IMG/VR virus record: IMGVR_UViG_3300020393_000006
Span: 1-63,334 of that record
Reading direction: 5' to 3' (one strand)
Origin: a virus
Taxonomy: Duplodnaviria > Caudoviricetes
Length of the DNA: 63,334 nucleotides
Of this stretch, positions 49,101-58,937 are shown piece after piece. The notes beneath the pieces were generated by a model that ran no database searches, had not been told where the DNA came from, and saw only the letters and a list, made by a program, of their open reading frames with translations. The position numbers were made by a program, and so were the translations under genes. The stretch's first letter is position 1, and each line of letters opens with the position of its first letter.

Positions 49101-52100
49101 AGTCTTGGTACTAAGACAGAAGATATTGGCACTGCAACTTACGATTCACTAGCTGCTGTCTTTGCTGATACTAAGACTCTAAAGGACATTGATCTTGAAA
49201 ACGTCTTTGGAGAAGCCATCGTTGAAGGCACTACGCCTGCTACGATGCGATTCGACATGGATAAAGCTCGTCAGGTAATTCGTCAGCGTATTGATGCTGC
49301 TGAACCAATTCAGCGAAATCCTGATGCTCTTCTTACTCCTCAACAGCTCCGACTCCGTCAGGCGTCTGAGATTGCTGACTGGAGAGCATCTAACGCTGCA
49401 CGTAGGGCTGCTGATTCTGAGTCCGGCTTTGCTGGAGCTGCAGATGCCCAAGCGTGGGAAGACGGTTTCTGGTCCTCCTTGATGCTTCGTCTAAAAGAGA
49501 CAGGCAATAATAAAAATGCTGCATATCTTCGTAGCCCTCAGGCGCTTAAAGATTACATCAACAGTCAGTTTATTCCCTACATGCGAGGCGAGCTGATTGA
49601 TCTGGGCAACGGTAAGTCTGACTTTGTTACACCAAAAATGGCAGCATTTGCTATTGCAGATATTGTTCACGGTAAGTCAGATGGCCGTACCCGATATAAA
49701 ACTACTATTAATGAACTTAACGAAGAGACAGGAGTTACTACACAAAAAACTACTGACTCTGAGTTTATTGAACGCATATCCCATGCTCAGCCCGGAACTG
49801 ATCGAGAGATTGCTCGAGTCTTGGCTAAGCTAGAGTACGATGCTCGTATGGAAGCAATTGTTCGCCTTGATTTTGATAGCCCCGGCCAGCCCTCGCTGGA
49901 TCAAGCTATTAAGTTTATTAAGGATGGAAATCTGCAGCAGGATAATAATCGAGCTCTTAACCGTGAGGAGTTTGCTACTAGAGCTTTTTGGATTCCTCCT
50001 GCCCTTCGTACAAATCTTGACCGCATAGATGAAGATATTGATGCACGTATTGAACGAGTAACTAATGAATTGCTTGAAGAAGACTTTACGGCTTATGATA
50101 TTCTTCACGACGACTTTAAGACCCGTCAGGGGGATTGGGGTGTTGCGGTTGAAGATGCCAATGGTATATTCTTTAAAAACCATGGCGTTGCTGGTGGATT
50201 CCCTGTTGCTTCTGCTATGCCAAATCCTGAGGAAGGATACTCCTTTGGTATGGCTGTTCTTGATGCTCATATGCTCTTGCACCCACAAACGTGGATGGAT
50301 ACTATCTCTGCTCAGAAGCGGGGACAAATGTTACGTGATGAGATTACTGCATTAGAAGCAAAGGATAAACTGTCAGATGCTGAGGCTAAGCGCCTACAAG
50401 TTTTGAAGTCAGGCTCCTATGTTACTTCTATTGATGGTAGTCAAAACGGTGTGCGCCATGCGCATGCTATGGCCATGCTTGAAGGCGAGCAAGCTTTTGA
50501 GACTCTTGCTGAGTTTGTTGCTAAAGGAACTGGCAAAAAACGTGACTTTTATCAAGACCTTCGTACAACTACTCTTAAATTTTTCCAAGAAACTGATGAT
50601 CCCCGTGCCAAGATTTGGTTGAATCTTGGTTTGGTCCAAGACGCAGTCAAGGGCCGTAAGTTTGCTAAAAAACCTGTTATGGTTTTGCCCTATGGCGCAG
50701 GCAAAAAAGCTATTACCAACTCTATTCGAGATAGCCTAAAAGAATTACCTGCTGAAAAACTTCGTGAATTTGATGCTGAAGCAGATCGAATCGGCGCTAG
50801 TCGAGAAGAGCTTATTAACTATCTTGGAACAGAATGGTTTGGTAAACAACAAGAAAAGAAAGCTGGGCTTATCCAGAAGGCTCTTGACCTTCCTGATGCA
50901 GATGCTCAAATGAAAGTCATTATGGCTGATTCTTCAAAAACTGACCCGTATCGCCAGCTTGCTGACGAACCGGATCGTTCGGTTGCTTTGAAGGGTATGC
51001 TTGATGAAGCACAAAAGCTTTCTGAAAATACTGGAATGGATCTTGAAGAAGCATTTTATGCTGTACAAATTCAAACTCGAGCTTTAGCAATTACTCGAGC
51101 AGATGATATTCCTCTTGAAGCTGCAGCTCAAATGGCGCGTCGTCAATTTGCTCGTGAAATGAACTTGATGCATGAGGCTAAAAAGTCAGGAGATTATTCA
51201 AAGGTTATTGCAGCCGGTGAAGCTGGTGAAATGGGCTTTGTAGAAAACTCCCTTCGGGCAATGATGCGTTCTGAATATGTTCAGTCTGAGTCTGCTCAGG
51301 CTCGGGCTACCATGGATCAAACTGGTCAGGCTGGTGCTCGTATTCAACTTCCAGAAGAAGCTGAAGGCTCGTTCTTTGCTCAGCAGCTTATGGACTGGCG
51401 TAGCCGTATGGTTACTCCAAGAAACCAAGAGTTCTTTGCTAAGGGTCGTAAGTCTGAGCGGGCAGTAATGGATATTCTGCAAGTTCTAGAAGAAGGCGAA
51501 TCTGTTGTATACAAAACTTCTAAAGCTGAAGCTGAAGCTGATTTGCATCGAGTAGATGACGATTCTTTAACTTCTGACGAATGGTTTGCTAAACATATTG
51601 ATGAAGAAAAAACAATTGCTTCTGGAGTCTTTGGTCTTCGTGATGTAGAGCTAAGAGATCGTCCTCGTGGAAAATCTAAACGTCGCGTTCTTGAAGAAAA
51701 AGCTATGAGCCTTAAAGGTAAAGAGCTTGAAGCTGAACTGAAGCGTCTTAATATTAAAAACTATTCACGAATGAAAGCCGTTGAAAAACGTGCAGCTGTT
51801 CGTGATGCTTTAATTGAAGCTGAAAAGCTAAGAATTAAAAAGCTTGTAGTTAAGTCTGCTATGGCTGAAGCTGCTCCAGAGTTTGCTCCTCCTGTTCGTC
51901 TTGATGAAGCAGGTAATGTAGCTCAAATGAGTCGCTTAACTGAAGCTGAAAAAATGGATCGATGGGAAGCTCACTCTGAAGATATTCGTAACTCAAATTC
52001 TCGTGCTAGCGAAATCTATAGTAGATTAGATAAAGACGGGAAGAAAGCATACGAAAAAAACTATGGTCGACCAATGGAATCGCTTGTCGGTCCTAATGGA

Positions 52101-55100
52101 GAGCCTATGGTTCAAGAAAAGGTTATTACTTCTGAAGCCTTTGCAAAACTTGAAGATGCGGGTGAAGTTAGTCCTCAAGCTTCTCAAACTATGGGTGGTG
52201 CTTTAGGTACAAGACCTATTCATCCTACTGAAGCTACTGACATGATGCTTGGTGTTCCTGCTGTACGTGAGCTTGCTCAAAATCGCAGCATGGGACAGCA
52301 GGGTATTACTACTAAAACAAAAGATGGTAAAATCCAAAAAACAACCAAGCGTATTGAAATTGATGGAGAAGCTTCTGGACTTCAAGCAGTACGCCGAATT
52401 CAAGATGGAGGAGATATTGTTTCTCGAGCTGAGCGTCATCGTGTTACACATACAGATGAAACTCAGCTACCTATTATTGATAAATCAGAAGAAATGTTTG
52501 ATCCTGAGTTACTTGGACGAATGCCTGATGAAACTCGAGATTTAATGATTCAAACTACCCTTACCCGTCATGCTACTAAGTTTGGTCTTAGTGATCTTGT
52601 CGAGGCAGAAGAGTGGGGCGAAATATATGCTCACCTTGTGTGGCGTAAAAATATGGAAGCTTACGGTAAAGATCTTAAAAAGCTGCAAACTATGGCGCAG
52701 CGTAAAAATGAATCTTCCGAAGCTTATATGAAACGTCGCCAAGAAGCAGAAATGAAACTTTTTGCTAAGTGGGAACAAACTACACGAGAAACTCGAGAAG
52801 GATTTGAAAAAGCGGCTAATGATGAGTGGGATTCTCATAAGATTGATCCGTTTAAGAAAATCCAAACTGTAGATGCTCGTGATGCTGAGGGTAAACCTCT
52901 TACTCGTCGTGAAGCTATTCTTAGATCTGCTAAGTTGCGATCTGATGGTAGCTTACGCTCTGATGTAAGCGCAGCTCAACGTACTAATATTGATTTAATC
53001 GCTGGTGAATCTATTGATGGTGTTCGTCATGCTGGTTCAGAAATGCCTGCTCCAATTGAAATGTCTTCAATGTCTACAGTTGGCGGTCTTTTACCTATGG
53101 CAGGTCGAAGTGATAATAAAATTTATGCTTCTAATGGTGAAGATCTTGGATCTCAAGGCTTTGCTCGTTCTCGTAAGGCTAATGGCCAAGCAGGAGAGTA
53201 CGTAGCATTTGACGATCTTTCAGATAATGCAATTCTTAAAGTTCACTTTGTTCACTCAAAAGACCGAGCAGGAGCTACTGGTTCTGTCGGAATGAGAGAA
53301 GATATTTCTCTGCTTGCAGGCTTAACTACCTCTAATGGTAAAACTATGACTGTTGCAGAAGCTCGGGATTTATTGGCAAATGCTGGATCAGAATCTGGTG
53401 AAGGTTCTATTATTGCTGGCTCTAAAGGTAATGTACGTTTCTTTACAACAGATGGTATTGAAGTAATTGATGGTATTTTTGCTGGTCATAATATTCGTCG
53501 TAATGGTACTCGTAATGAACATTATTGGATTCTTCAAAACTCTGCAAACCGATTCTTAGGAGATCGCTTATCTGTTTCTGCCCTTACACAGCGTCCCGTT
53601 CGTAGGCATAAGTCTACTTGGGAATTAATGGATGATCGAGTTCGTAGGAAAACTGCAGGCACTCGCATTGCTAATGAAAATAAAGTTATGCTTGATTGGC
53701 TAAAGGAAAAAGATCCTAAGGCTATTAAGACCTCTTCATTCCTTGGTAATGTGATGGACTTAGGACAATACTGGGCTCGTCCCGAGTTTCGTGATAGGTT
53801 GTATATGTCTGAATATGATCGTACTCTTGCAGATGCTAAACAACGTTTAGGCATTGAAGCTACTGAAATTACTAATAATGTTCATAGCGAAACAATTACT
53901 AATCTTCGTAATTATATGTTAGATGTGCCTGAAGGAAAATTAGTTAGTGAGGCTACTATTAGATCTTTAGCTAATGAAAGCACTAGAACTCGACGTACTG
54001 ATTCTGATATTACAGGCGAACCTTCTCGAACTCTTGTTAGAACAGGAAACAATCGTAAAGATGTTGTAACAGATAATTGGATTACTAAGACTACTCCTGC
54101 TGAATTAGTTAAGGGTAAAAAACAGTTTTCTGCTGATCAAGTAAATGATCTTATTGCAGATCTTGAGGCTGATCAAGATTCATTTAATCCATCTATTAAA
54201 GATCCAATTGAAGCTCGAGAGGGTGATGAAGGATTCCTTGGTAGTCGGATTACTCCTAATGAGATTAAGTTTGCTAAGCAGATCGCAGGATTGCAGATGC
54301 TGTCGGGCAATGATCTTATGGTTATTGATGCCGATTACATTGCTCGCATGGCTCCAGCAACTATGGAAGGTATTAAAGCTTCTTCTGGTATGCGTGTTGA
54401 AAATATTGTGGTTTTAGCCAATGAAGGCATTGCCCACATGCGTAAGATGCGTAAGCTTGTCAGCTTGGCAAACCAAGATGGAGTTACTGGTCATGGTATG
54501 ACTGGTCTTATTTTGCGTTTAGCTTCTGATGGCGAGATTGATCTCGATAATGTTACTGATGCAACCTACGCTAGGATTAACCGAGCATGGCATGACCATG
54601 AAGTCGGCGGCGCTGATCGAGGTGCAGATAATCTTAATAGTCCTGAAGTTATTTCACATTACCAACATCAAATTAATAATGCTAAGAAGATCCTTGCCTC
54701 TGAAGATAAGGATCCGTTTAGCGACACTACTACTCGCACCTTCCAAGGTGACTTCGTAGACCAAGCAGGCCAGAAGCGTTCTCCTGAATACTTTATGGAA
54801 GCAGACAACTATAGTCGCCTCTCTGGAGAGCATGCTAGGTTCAATGACTTCTTAGAGGATTTGTTGGCTTCGGAAACCTTGGACTTGCCTCAAGTTCGTA
54901 TGCTTCGTGCTACGACTGCTCAAATGGATGGTCGTATCTTTGCTGGCCTAAAGCTTGAAGAGCTGACTGATGCTGACTTCCGCGCTCAAGCAAAAGAGCT
55001 AGGTCTTGGGTCTGCTAAGAAGGCACGTGCTCGTGCGTTGTCTTACAGTAAGGGAAGCTTTGGCTTGTCTCTACTCAAAGGACGCATAGGTCGAGATATC

Positions 55101-58100
55101 GATGCCGTAGATGTTATTCTTCACGAAGTCGGACACGTGTCTATTAACCGAATGCTTGCAGAAAACTCTCCTGAGCTTGAGGTTGCGCGTAACATGGCTA
55201 AGTCTGCTGAAGGTGAAGCTGCTCTCCGTGAAATGGTTAAAGTCATGCATGGTGGTAAGTTTACTCAAGAAGCTGCTAGACAGTTTAAATATTTTAAAAA
55301 AGATCCTGATGAGTTTTTAGCAGCATGGTTCTCTTATACTATGATGTCTCGAACTCTGGATGATAAGGCTACTATTGTTGCTGCCTATCGAGCTCATAAA
55401 GGCTGGGGCACTGCAATTGCTAATATTGTGCGTAAGATGGCATCATATGCTTATCGGCGTATGTCTGGATTCTCTAGAGCCCTTTCAGGCTTGGAGCCCA
55501 GCTACGGTCGTAAAATGAACGAGATCATGGACCACCTTGCTGGTCGTACTGATGTTGCTCCAATGGATAAGCCTAATAACTTTGCTGCTTTTCACGCAGA
55601 AGCTGATGGACGAGCTGCAAATGTTAAAGCAGCAGAAGCTGAAGTCGAAGCTCTTAGAGCTGCAGGTGTTGAAGAAAATGAGCCTCTTATGATAAATGCT
55701 TTAAAAGATCTTCAAACTGCAATTGATGAAGCGTTAGATACTTCAGATCCCGCCCACTTTGGTGGAGATGGATTTGGTGGTCGTACTCTTCGAGACTTCC
55801 TTGCTGAAAAAGTTGAAGAACGATTTACCGAAGATGGTATTATAAACTTTGGACGCATGGTTAAAGAAGACCCAACTGCTGCTGAACAATTTCTTGCTGT
55901 TCATCTTTTACCTAAATTGCAAGAAGGTCGTTATGCGAATGTAGAAGGCGTAACTCGATCAATGGTAGAAGACTCAAGAATGACTACTAGCGAAAAAGTT
56001 AGTTTACGTACTCGAATGGATAATATCATTTTATCTCCTTCAAATGCTTCACATACAGTTAATTCTAGAGTTCAGCTTCAAATTGGAGATACTAGATTTT
56101 CTCTTATGCAGCTTATATCAGAACTTGTAGATAACCATTCAGTGCTTACACAAGCTCGTTTAAATGGAAATCAATTTAGTACTCTTACTGCTCAAGCTCG
56201 AGCTTTAGAATCAAATATAGTTCGTCCTATGGCTATGCTAGATGATGAACTACGTATGGCTTTGGCTAAAAGCACTAATAATCTCCGTGGTAAATCACGA
56301 ACATTAGCTACTGCAGGAAATGAAGATTTTCAGATGCAGTTAGCAAGTCTTCGTGAAATAGCCGGTAAACGTAATCTTCCTAGAGGAACTAAGCTACGAA
56401 AAACAGCTGATGCAGAGTTTGAAAAACTTGATCCACAAGTTAAAGAAGTTGTTGATAAAATGACTAAACAATTTGCTAAAGCTTCGGGCGAAGTTAAATC
56501 TGCTGCTCGATTGGCTAATCTTATTGGACAACGACGTGCTGAAGCTTCTGGTCTTGTGCCTATTCGTTTACGTGCAGAACATATGACTGATAAATCTAAA
56601 GTTGGAGGATTTGGTCCTGAACTGACTAAACGATATGAATCTAGTATGCTTAAGTCTAAAGACTTAGATATGGATACATTAATTGGTGTTGGTTTACTTC
56701 CTTCTCCCGGTAAAGTTATTGATGAACAGGACTTATATACATATCTTAAAAATGCAGAAAAGAATGGATTTGTAGATAAAGACGCTCTTGAAATATTTGC
56801 TTCTTCTCCACGATTCCGCGAAACTGTTCAAGCTATTCGAAAAGGCGGATTTGCAGAAATTCCTGCTATGGATGAAATTCTTACAATTAAGGGACGAAAT
56901 CTCTATATGCGTGGTATTTCTGAAGGCACAGATGCTTTTACTTCTGATGGAGGTAAACACATAACTGCACGTTTTACAGAAGAAGTAGTTAAATCTGGAT
57001 CTGCTGCTGGTAAAGTATATTATCAAACTAATAGCTCTGGCGCTCAACTTCGTGCTCTTGGCCTTGGTCGTCGTGCTGGCTCTACCTCTTATTATTTTGG
57101 TGGAGATGCTTATATGGATGTAGATACACTTTTTGATGAACTTGGAGAATTTTTTGATTACGATGTGCGTACAGGTTCGGCAGCATTACAGCGCGGTATT
57201 GGAATGCAATCTGCTGATGCAGCTAATATGAGCCGTGCCTTTGAAGCAATTGGTATGAAAGTTCGCGGATTATCTGTTAAGTCTATTCTTGATCTTTTAG
57301 ATGATATGGCTTTACGTCGTGGTAATCATGCAGCTAATGATACAATGAAACACGGTGTAGATCATCTTCGTAAAGCGTATGAACGTTTAGGTGGTGGATT
57401 ACCTACTTATGAGCGAACTGGCAATATTGTTGCCGATGGTTTAGCTCGTAATGCAACTAATGTTGCAATGCTTAAATATGGTGGTAATCTTGGTGTAGCT
57501 ATGCTTGCTGAAACCGCAGTAACAACTATGGTTGATATTGCTCCTCGTATGCTTATTACTCCAGTAAAAACAATGACAATGGTTTGGAGATCTATGACTG
57601 AAAGTATGTCTCCAATTCGTAAAACTCAAGTAGCAAGACAGCTTCTTTATGGAATGCATATTGCTCGAGATACTGTTTCTATGCGTTCATTTGATAGAAA
57701 TGTAGATGACCTTGCAGTAGCTGATCCTAATACAGGCTGGCTTACTAATACATTACGTACTGGTGCTGGTCTTACCTCTAAGTTTTCTCTTGCCCCAACT
57801 GTGCAGACTTTTAACAAAGCTTTTGCTGCTTCGGGTGCAATGGATGATTTGCTTACCCACCTAGATTCTGCTGTGCGTATGCGCGAGCTGTTAGATGAAG
57901 CAGGCGGAGTTAAGAATAAAAAGGAATTCCAAGAGCTGGCTAAAAAAGCAGGCTTTGGGCGGAACTGGACTCTGGCTTTGCGTATGCAGGATGCAGGACT
58001 TCTTGATCCGTCAACAATCTCTCAGATTCGTGAGTTTGCTAATTCATCTGATGCTATGACTACTCGTATTCTTGATATTGATTCATGGTCAGATGAAGCA

Positions 58101-58928
58101 GCTAAATCTGCTGCTTCTCGTAGTTCTAAAGCTACTGAAATGGATACTGCAATTCGTGGTGTTCGCTACTTTATAGAAGAAGCAATTGCTAAGAATAACG
58201 TTGAACCTCGTGTTCTTGATATGAAGCTTACAAATAATACTGGTTGGTCTAAACTTATGGATGTTTTCTTATCATGGCCTCGTGCTTTTTATGCACAAAA
58301 ATCTGTTGTTCGTCCCGGCTCTGCATTTGCTGGAGGCGCTGGACATATTGCAGCTTTTTATGCAGCTCAGGCTACATGGGATGCCATGTATACCACGATC
58401 CAAGATTTGGCTCGAGGTGAAGATGAAGATAAAATCTTAAATGAAGTTACTAATGATCCAGCAGGTTGGTATATGTCGAAAGCTGCACGTATGCCTTTAT
58501 TTGGAATTTACTCTCAAGGTCTTGAAATGCTTGTAGATATAGGTCGTAATAAAGCTGCTAACTTAGGTGCTCCTATTGGATATCATACACGAGGTCAAGG
58601 AGATATTGACCTTGGATCAGCTCCAGTAATTGCAGCTATGAATAACTTTGCTACAACTATGATGGATGCTACAGAAGTTCTTTACGGAACAACTATTGGT
58701 AAAACTAATTCTCTTAGCACTAAAGATCCTCAAACTATGAATGCTTTTAATGGTATTTTAGATATGATTCCTTTAGCTAATATGCTTCCTGCTAAAGTTA
58801 TGCGAGATTTATGGCAAGAAAAACCTAATAGCATGAATGCTGCTCGTGGTCAAGCATATTACGAAATGCTGCAAATGAAACGTCAACACGCTTATTGGCG
58901 TAAGCAACTTATAAATAAATACAGATAA
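46191..58928 (+). CDS. 4245-aa multidomain internal virion protein with a T7/N4-family RNAP domain and a zincin motif (putative virion RNAP, RNAP-3)
   Basis: Motif A-like SIDGSQNGVRH (D~1415), RDFYQ, motif B RKFAKKPVMVLPYGAG (R~1489), HEVGH (~2978) with downstream EFLA; gp16-like position. Confidence 0.8.
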   Translation: MIMSDKDNLFSVLGNLRSADETLDTLRRKREITDNILENNSKLQEQDLSGQYWYDAEQGAFKDDATDTDYADAVEAEWDLGAADTPRGLTGAYNRKRFLDRSQSMLSLARTIRGIDNNATLDALAKSAKYDYSESGWAQMGRGAVGAINIFQDMTADTKQFKEQVKAEIGAGVPQDLELHFTPEKFVKAVRETRATALAMDEYGITAESLKGVSNYADAVEALSTQLWMRGREQRASQQVLSKSESTLKFAANLGNMILQDPDMAAEIGLEVGSTIAVGVISAGTAIPAFLAARIARRGASLTKQGLSITKIQRKLERGESITRGWEAVARAAETAHMYKPGLSTGGNIFEAVARSGKLGTRASQTSAFIAGQMVDGFIGGAGARYRSNVFTNAEAVGLYGDYADLVPETDRLMLDGGMGMVFSTFLGLGFRFGGRKFLNQFRENKPQLGFDDFAQQKLDAARTEKEQLRALYGTDDVSGVKAYQAARAMNNDATLQISLATNKDLGPEQLPDFTKLIGNLNQGIPSIEFNFALGRVIDNLKGRTISEESLALRVLEDPGFIRALEGNERLTPEALQNKIKYQRAHLARLTGERDVDPDIDKKINEGKSREEAIAELRAERLEEIKQKQAELEEREAIKAAEAEAEAIRKAKAEEQRLKEEADKAAEDVVKAKAEAEAARKAAEEQEAELEAKAKESPEEEIDSGQLQTVKAKAEEAETKVTEADKQLAAITQKQEEFDFDAALKKQQERQRADRAVVDREREALSQREEDIRLGRKGGAGGLDDTALVHVDYQKTLELEQKKQKLERAERYLGESEALQPDNAWIRRNIDPEWDREGPEVVSRAEVKKIIEARKQKLEEEAKEVTDQDLANQEILDNEGVRADAELFLEGQKVQTQALHNAFLAAGRGDFTGDPARFRSVRVRTDDQAEIDTLAAREDAKKRNAKYSREDDLDSLREAEVGLAALQRQPSLGTKTEDIGTATYDSLAAVFADTKTLKDIDLENVFGEAIVEGTTPATMRFDMDKARQVIRQRIDAAEPIQRNPDALLTPQQLRLRQASEIADWRASNAARRAADSESGFAGAADAQAWEDGFWSSLMLRLKETGNNKNAAYLRSPQALKDYINSQFIPYMRGELIDLGNGKSDFVTPKMAAFAIADIVHGKSDGRTRYKTTINELNEETGVTTQKTTDSEFIERISHAQPGTDREIARVLAKLEYDARMEAIVRLDFDSPGQPSLDQAIKFIKDGNLQQDNNRALNREEFATRAFWIPPALRTNLDRIDEDIDARIERVTNELLEEDFTAYDILHDDFKTRQGDWGVAVEDANGIFFKNHGVAGGFPVASAMPNPEEGYSFGMAVLDAHMLLHPQTWMDTISAQKRGQMLRDEITALEAKDKLSDAEAKRLQVLKSGSYVTSIDGSQNGVRHAHAMAMLEGEQAFETLAEFVAKGTGKKRDFYQDLRTTTLKFFQETDDPRAKIWLNLGLVQDAVKGRKFAKKPVMVLPYGAGKKAITNSIRDSLKELPAEKLREFDAEADRIGASREELINYLGTEWFGKQQEKKAGLIQKALDLPDADAQMKVIMADSSKTDPYRQLADEPDRSVALKGMLDEAQKLSENTGMDLEEAFYAVQIQTRALAITRADDIPLEAAAQMARRQFAREMNLMHEAKKSGDYSKVIAAGEAGEMGFVENSLRAMMRSEYVQSESAQARATMDQTGQAGARIQLPEEAEGSFFAQQLMDWRSRMVTPRNQEFFAKGRKSERAVMDILQVLEEGESVVYKTSKAEAEADLHRVDDDSLTSDEWFAKHIDEEKTIASGVFGLRDVELRDRPRGKSKRRVLEEKAMSLKGKELEAELKRLNIKNYSRMKAVEKRAAVRDALIEAEKLRIKKLVVKSAMAEAAPEFAPPVRLDEAGNVAQMSRLTEAEKMDRWEAHSEDIRNSNSRASEIYSRLDKDGKKAYEKNYGRPMESLVGPNGEPMVQEKVITSEAFAKLEDAGEVSPQASQTMGGALGTRPIHPTEATDMMLGVPAVRELAQNRSMGQQGITTKTKDGKIQKTTKRIEIDGEASGLQAVRRIQDGGDIVSRAERHRVTHTDETQLPIIDKSEEMFDPELLGRMPDETRDLMIQTTLTRHATKFGLSDLVEAEEWGEIYAHLVWRKNMEAYGKDLKKLQTMAQRKNESSEAYMKRRQEAEMKLFAKWEQTTRETREGFEKAANDEWDSHKIDPFKKIQTVDARDAEGKPLTRREAILRSAKLRSDGSLRSDVSAAQRTNIDLIAGESIDGVRHAGSEMPAPIEMSSMSTVGGLLPMAGRSDNKIYASNGEDLGSQGFARSRKANGQAGEYVAFDDLSDNAILKVHFVHSKDRAGATGSVGMREDISLLAGLTTSNGKTMTVAEARDLLANAGSESGEGSIIAGSKGNVRFFTTDGIEVIDGIFAGHNIRRNGTRNEHYWILQNSANRFLGDRLSVSALTQRPVRRHKSTWELMDDRVRRKTAGTRIANENKVMLDWLKEKDPKAIKTSSFLGNVMDLGQYWARPEFRDRLYMSEYDRTLADAKQRLGIEATEITNNVHSETITNLRNYMLDVPEGKLVSEATIRSLANESTRTRRTDSDITGEPSRTLVRTGNNRKDVVTDNWITKTTPAELVKGKKQFSADQVNDLIADLEADQDSFNPSIKDPIEAREGDEGFLGSRITPNEIKFAKQIAGLQMLSGNDLMVIDADYIARMAPATMEGIKASSGMRVENIVVLANEGIAHMRKMRKLVSLANQDGVTGHGMTGLILRLASDGEIDLDNVTDATYARINRAWHDHEVGGADRGADNLNSPEVISHYQHQINNAKKILASEDKDPFSDTTTRTFQGDFVDQAGQKRSPEYFMEADNYSRLSGEHARFNDFLEDLLASETLDLPQVRMLRATTAQMDGRIFAGLKLEELTDADFRAQAKELGLGSAKKARARALSYSKGSFGLSLLKGRIGRDIDAVDVILHEVGHVSINRMLAENSPELEVARNMAKSAEGEAALREMVKVMHGGKFTQEAARQFKYFKKDPDEFLAAWFSYTMMSRTLDDKATIVAAYRAHKGWGTAIANIVRKMASYAYRRMSGFSRALSGLEPSYGRKMNEIMDHLAGRTDVAPMDKPNNFAAFHAEADGRAANVKAAEAEVEALRAAGVEENEPLMINALKDLQTAIDEALDTSDPAHFGGDGFGGRTLRDFLAEKVEERFTEDGIINFGRMVKEDPTAAEQFLAVHLLPKLQEGRYANVEGVTRSMVEDSRMTTSEKVSLRTRMDNIILSPSNASHTVNSRVQLQIGDTRFSLMQLISELVDNHSVLTQARLNGNQFSTLTAQARALESNIVRPMAMLDDELRMALAKSTNNLRGKSRTLATAGNEDFQMQLASLREIAGKRNLPRGTKLRKTADAEFEKLDPQVKEVVDKMTKQFAKASGEVKSAARLANLIGQRRAEASGLVPIRLRAEHMTDKSKVGGFGPELTKRYESSMLKSKDLDMDTLIGVGLLPSPGKVIDEQDLYTYLKNAEKNGFVDKDALEIFASSPRFRETVQAIRKGGFAEIPAMDEILTIKGRNLYMRGISEGTDAFTSDGGKHITARFTEEVVKSGSAAGKVYYQTNSSGAQLRALGLGRRAGSTSYYFGGDAYMDVDTLFDELGEFFDYDVRTGSAALQRGIGMQSADAANMSRAFEAIGMKVRGLSVKSILDLLDDMALRRGNHAANDTMKHGVDHLRKAYERLGGGLPTYERTGNIVADGLARNATNVAMLKYGGNLGVAMLAETAVTTMVDIAPRMLITPVKTMTMVWRSMTESMSPIRKTQVARQLLYGMHIARDTVSMRSFDRNVDDLAVADPNTGWLTNTLRTGAGLTSKFSLAPTVQTFNKAFAASGAMDDLLTHLDSAVRMRELLDEAGGVKNKKEFQELAKKAGFGRNWTLALRMQDAGLLDPSTISQIREFANSSDAMTTRILDIDSWSDEAAKSAASRSSKATEMDTAIRGVRYFIEEAIAKNNVEPRVLDMKLTNNTGWSKLMDVFLSWPRAFYAQKSVVRPGSAFAGGAGHIAAFYAAQATWDAMYTTIQDLARGEDEDKILNEVTNDPAGWYMSKAARMPLFGIYSQGLEMLVDIGRNKAANLGAPIGYHTRGQGDIDLGSAPVIAAMNNFATTMMDATEVLYGTTIGKTNSLSTKDPQTMNAFNGILDMIPLANMLPAKVMRDLWQEKPNSMNAARGQAYYEMLQMKRQHAYWRKQLINKYR

Positions 58929-58937
58929 GGATCCACT

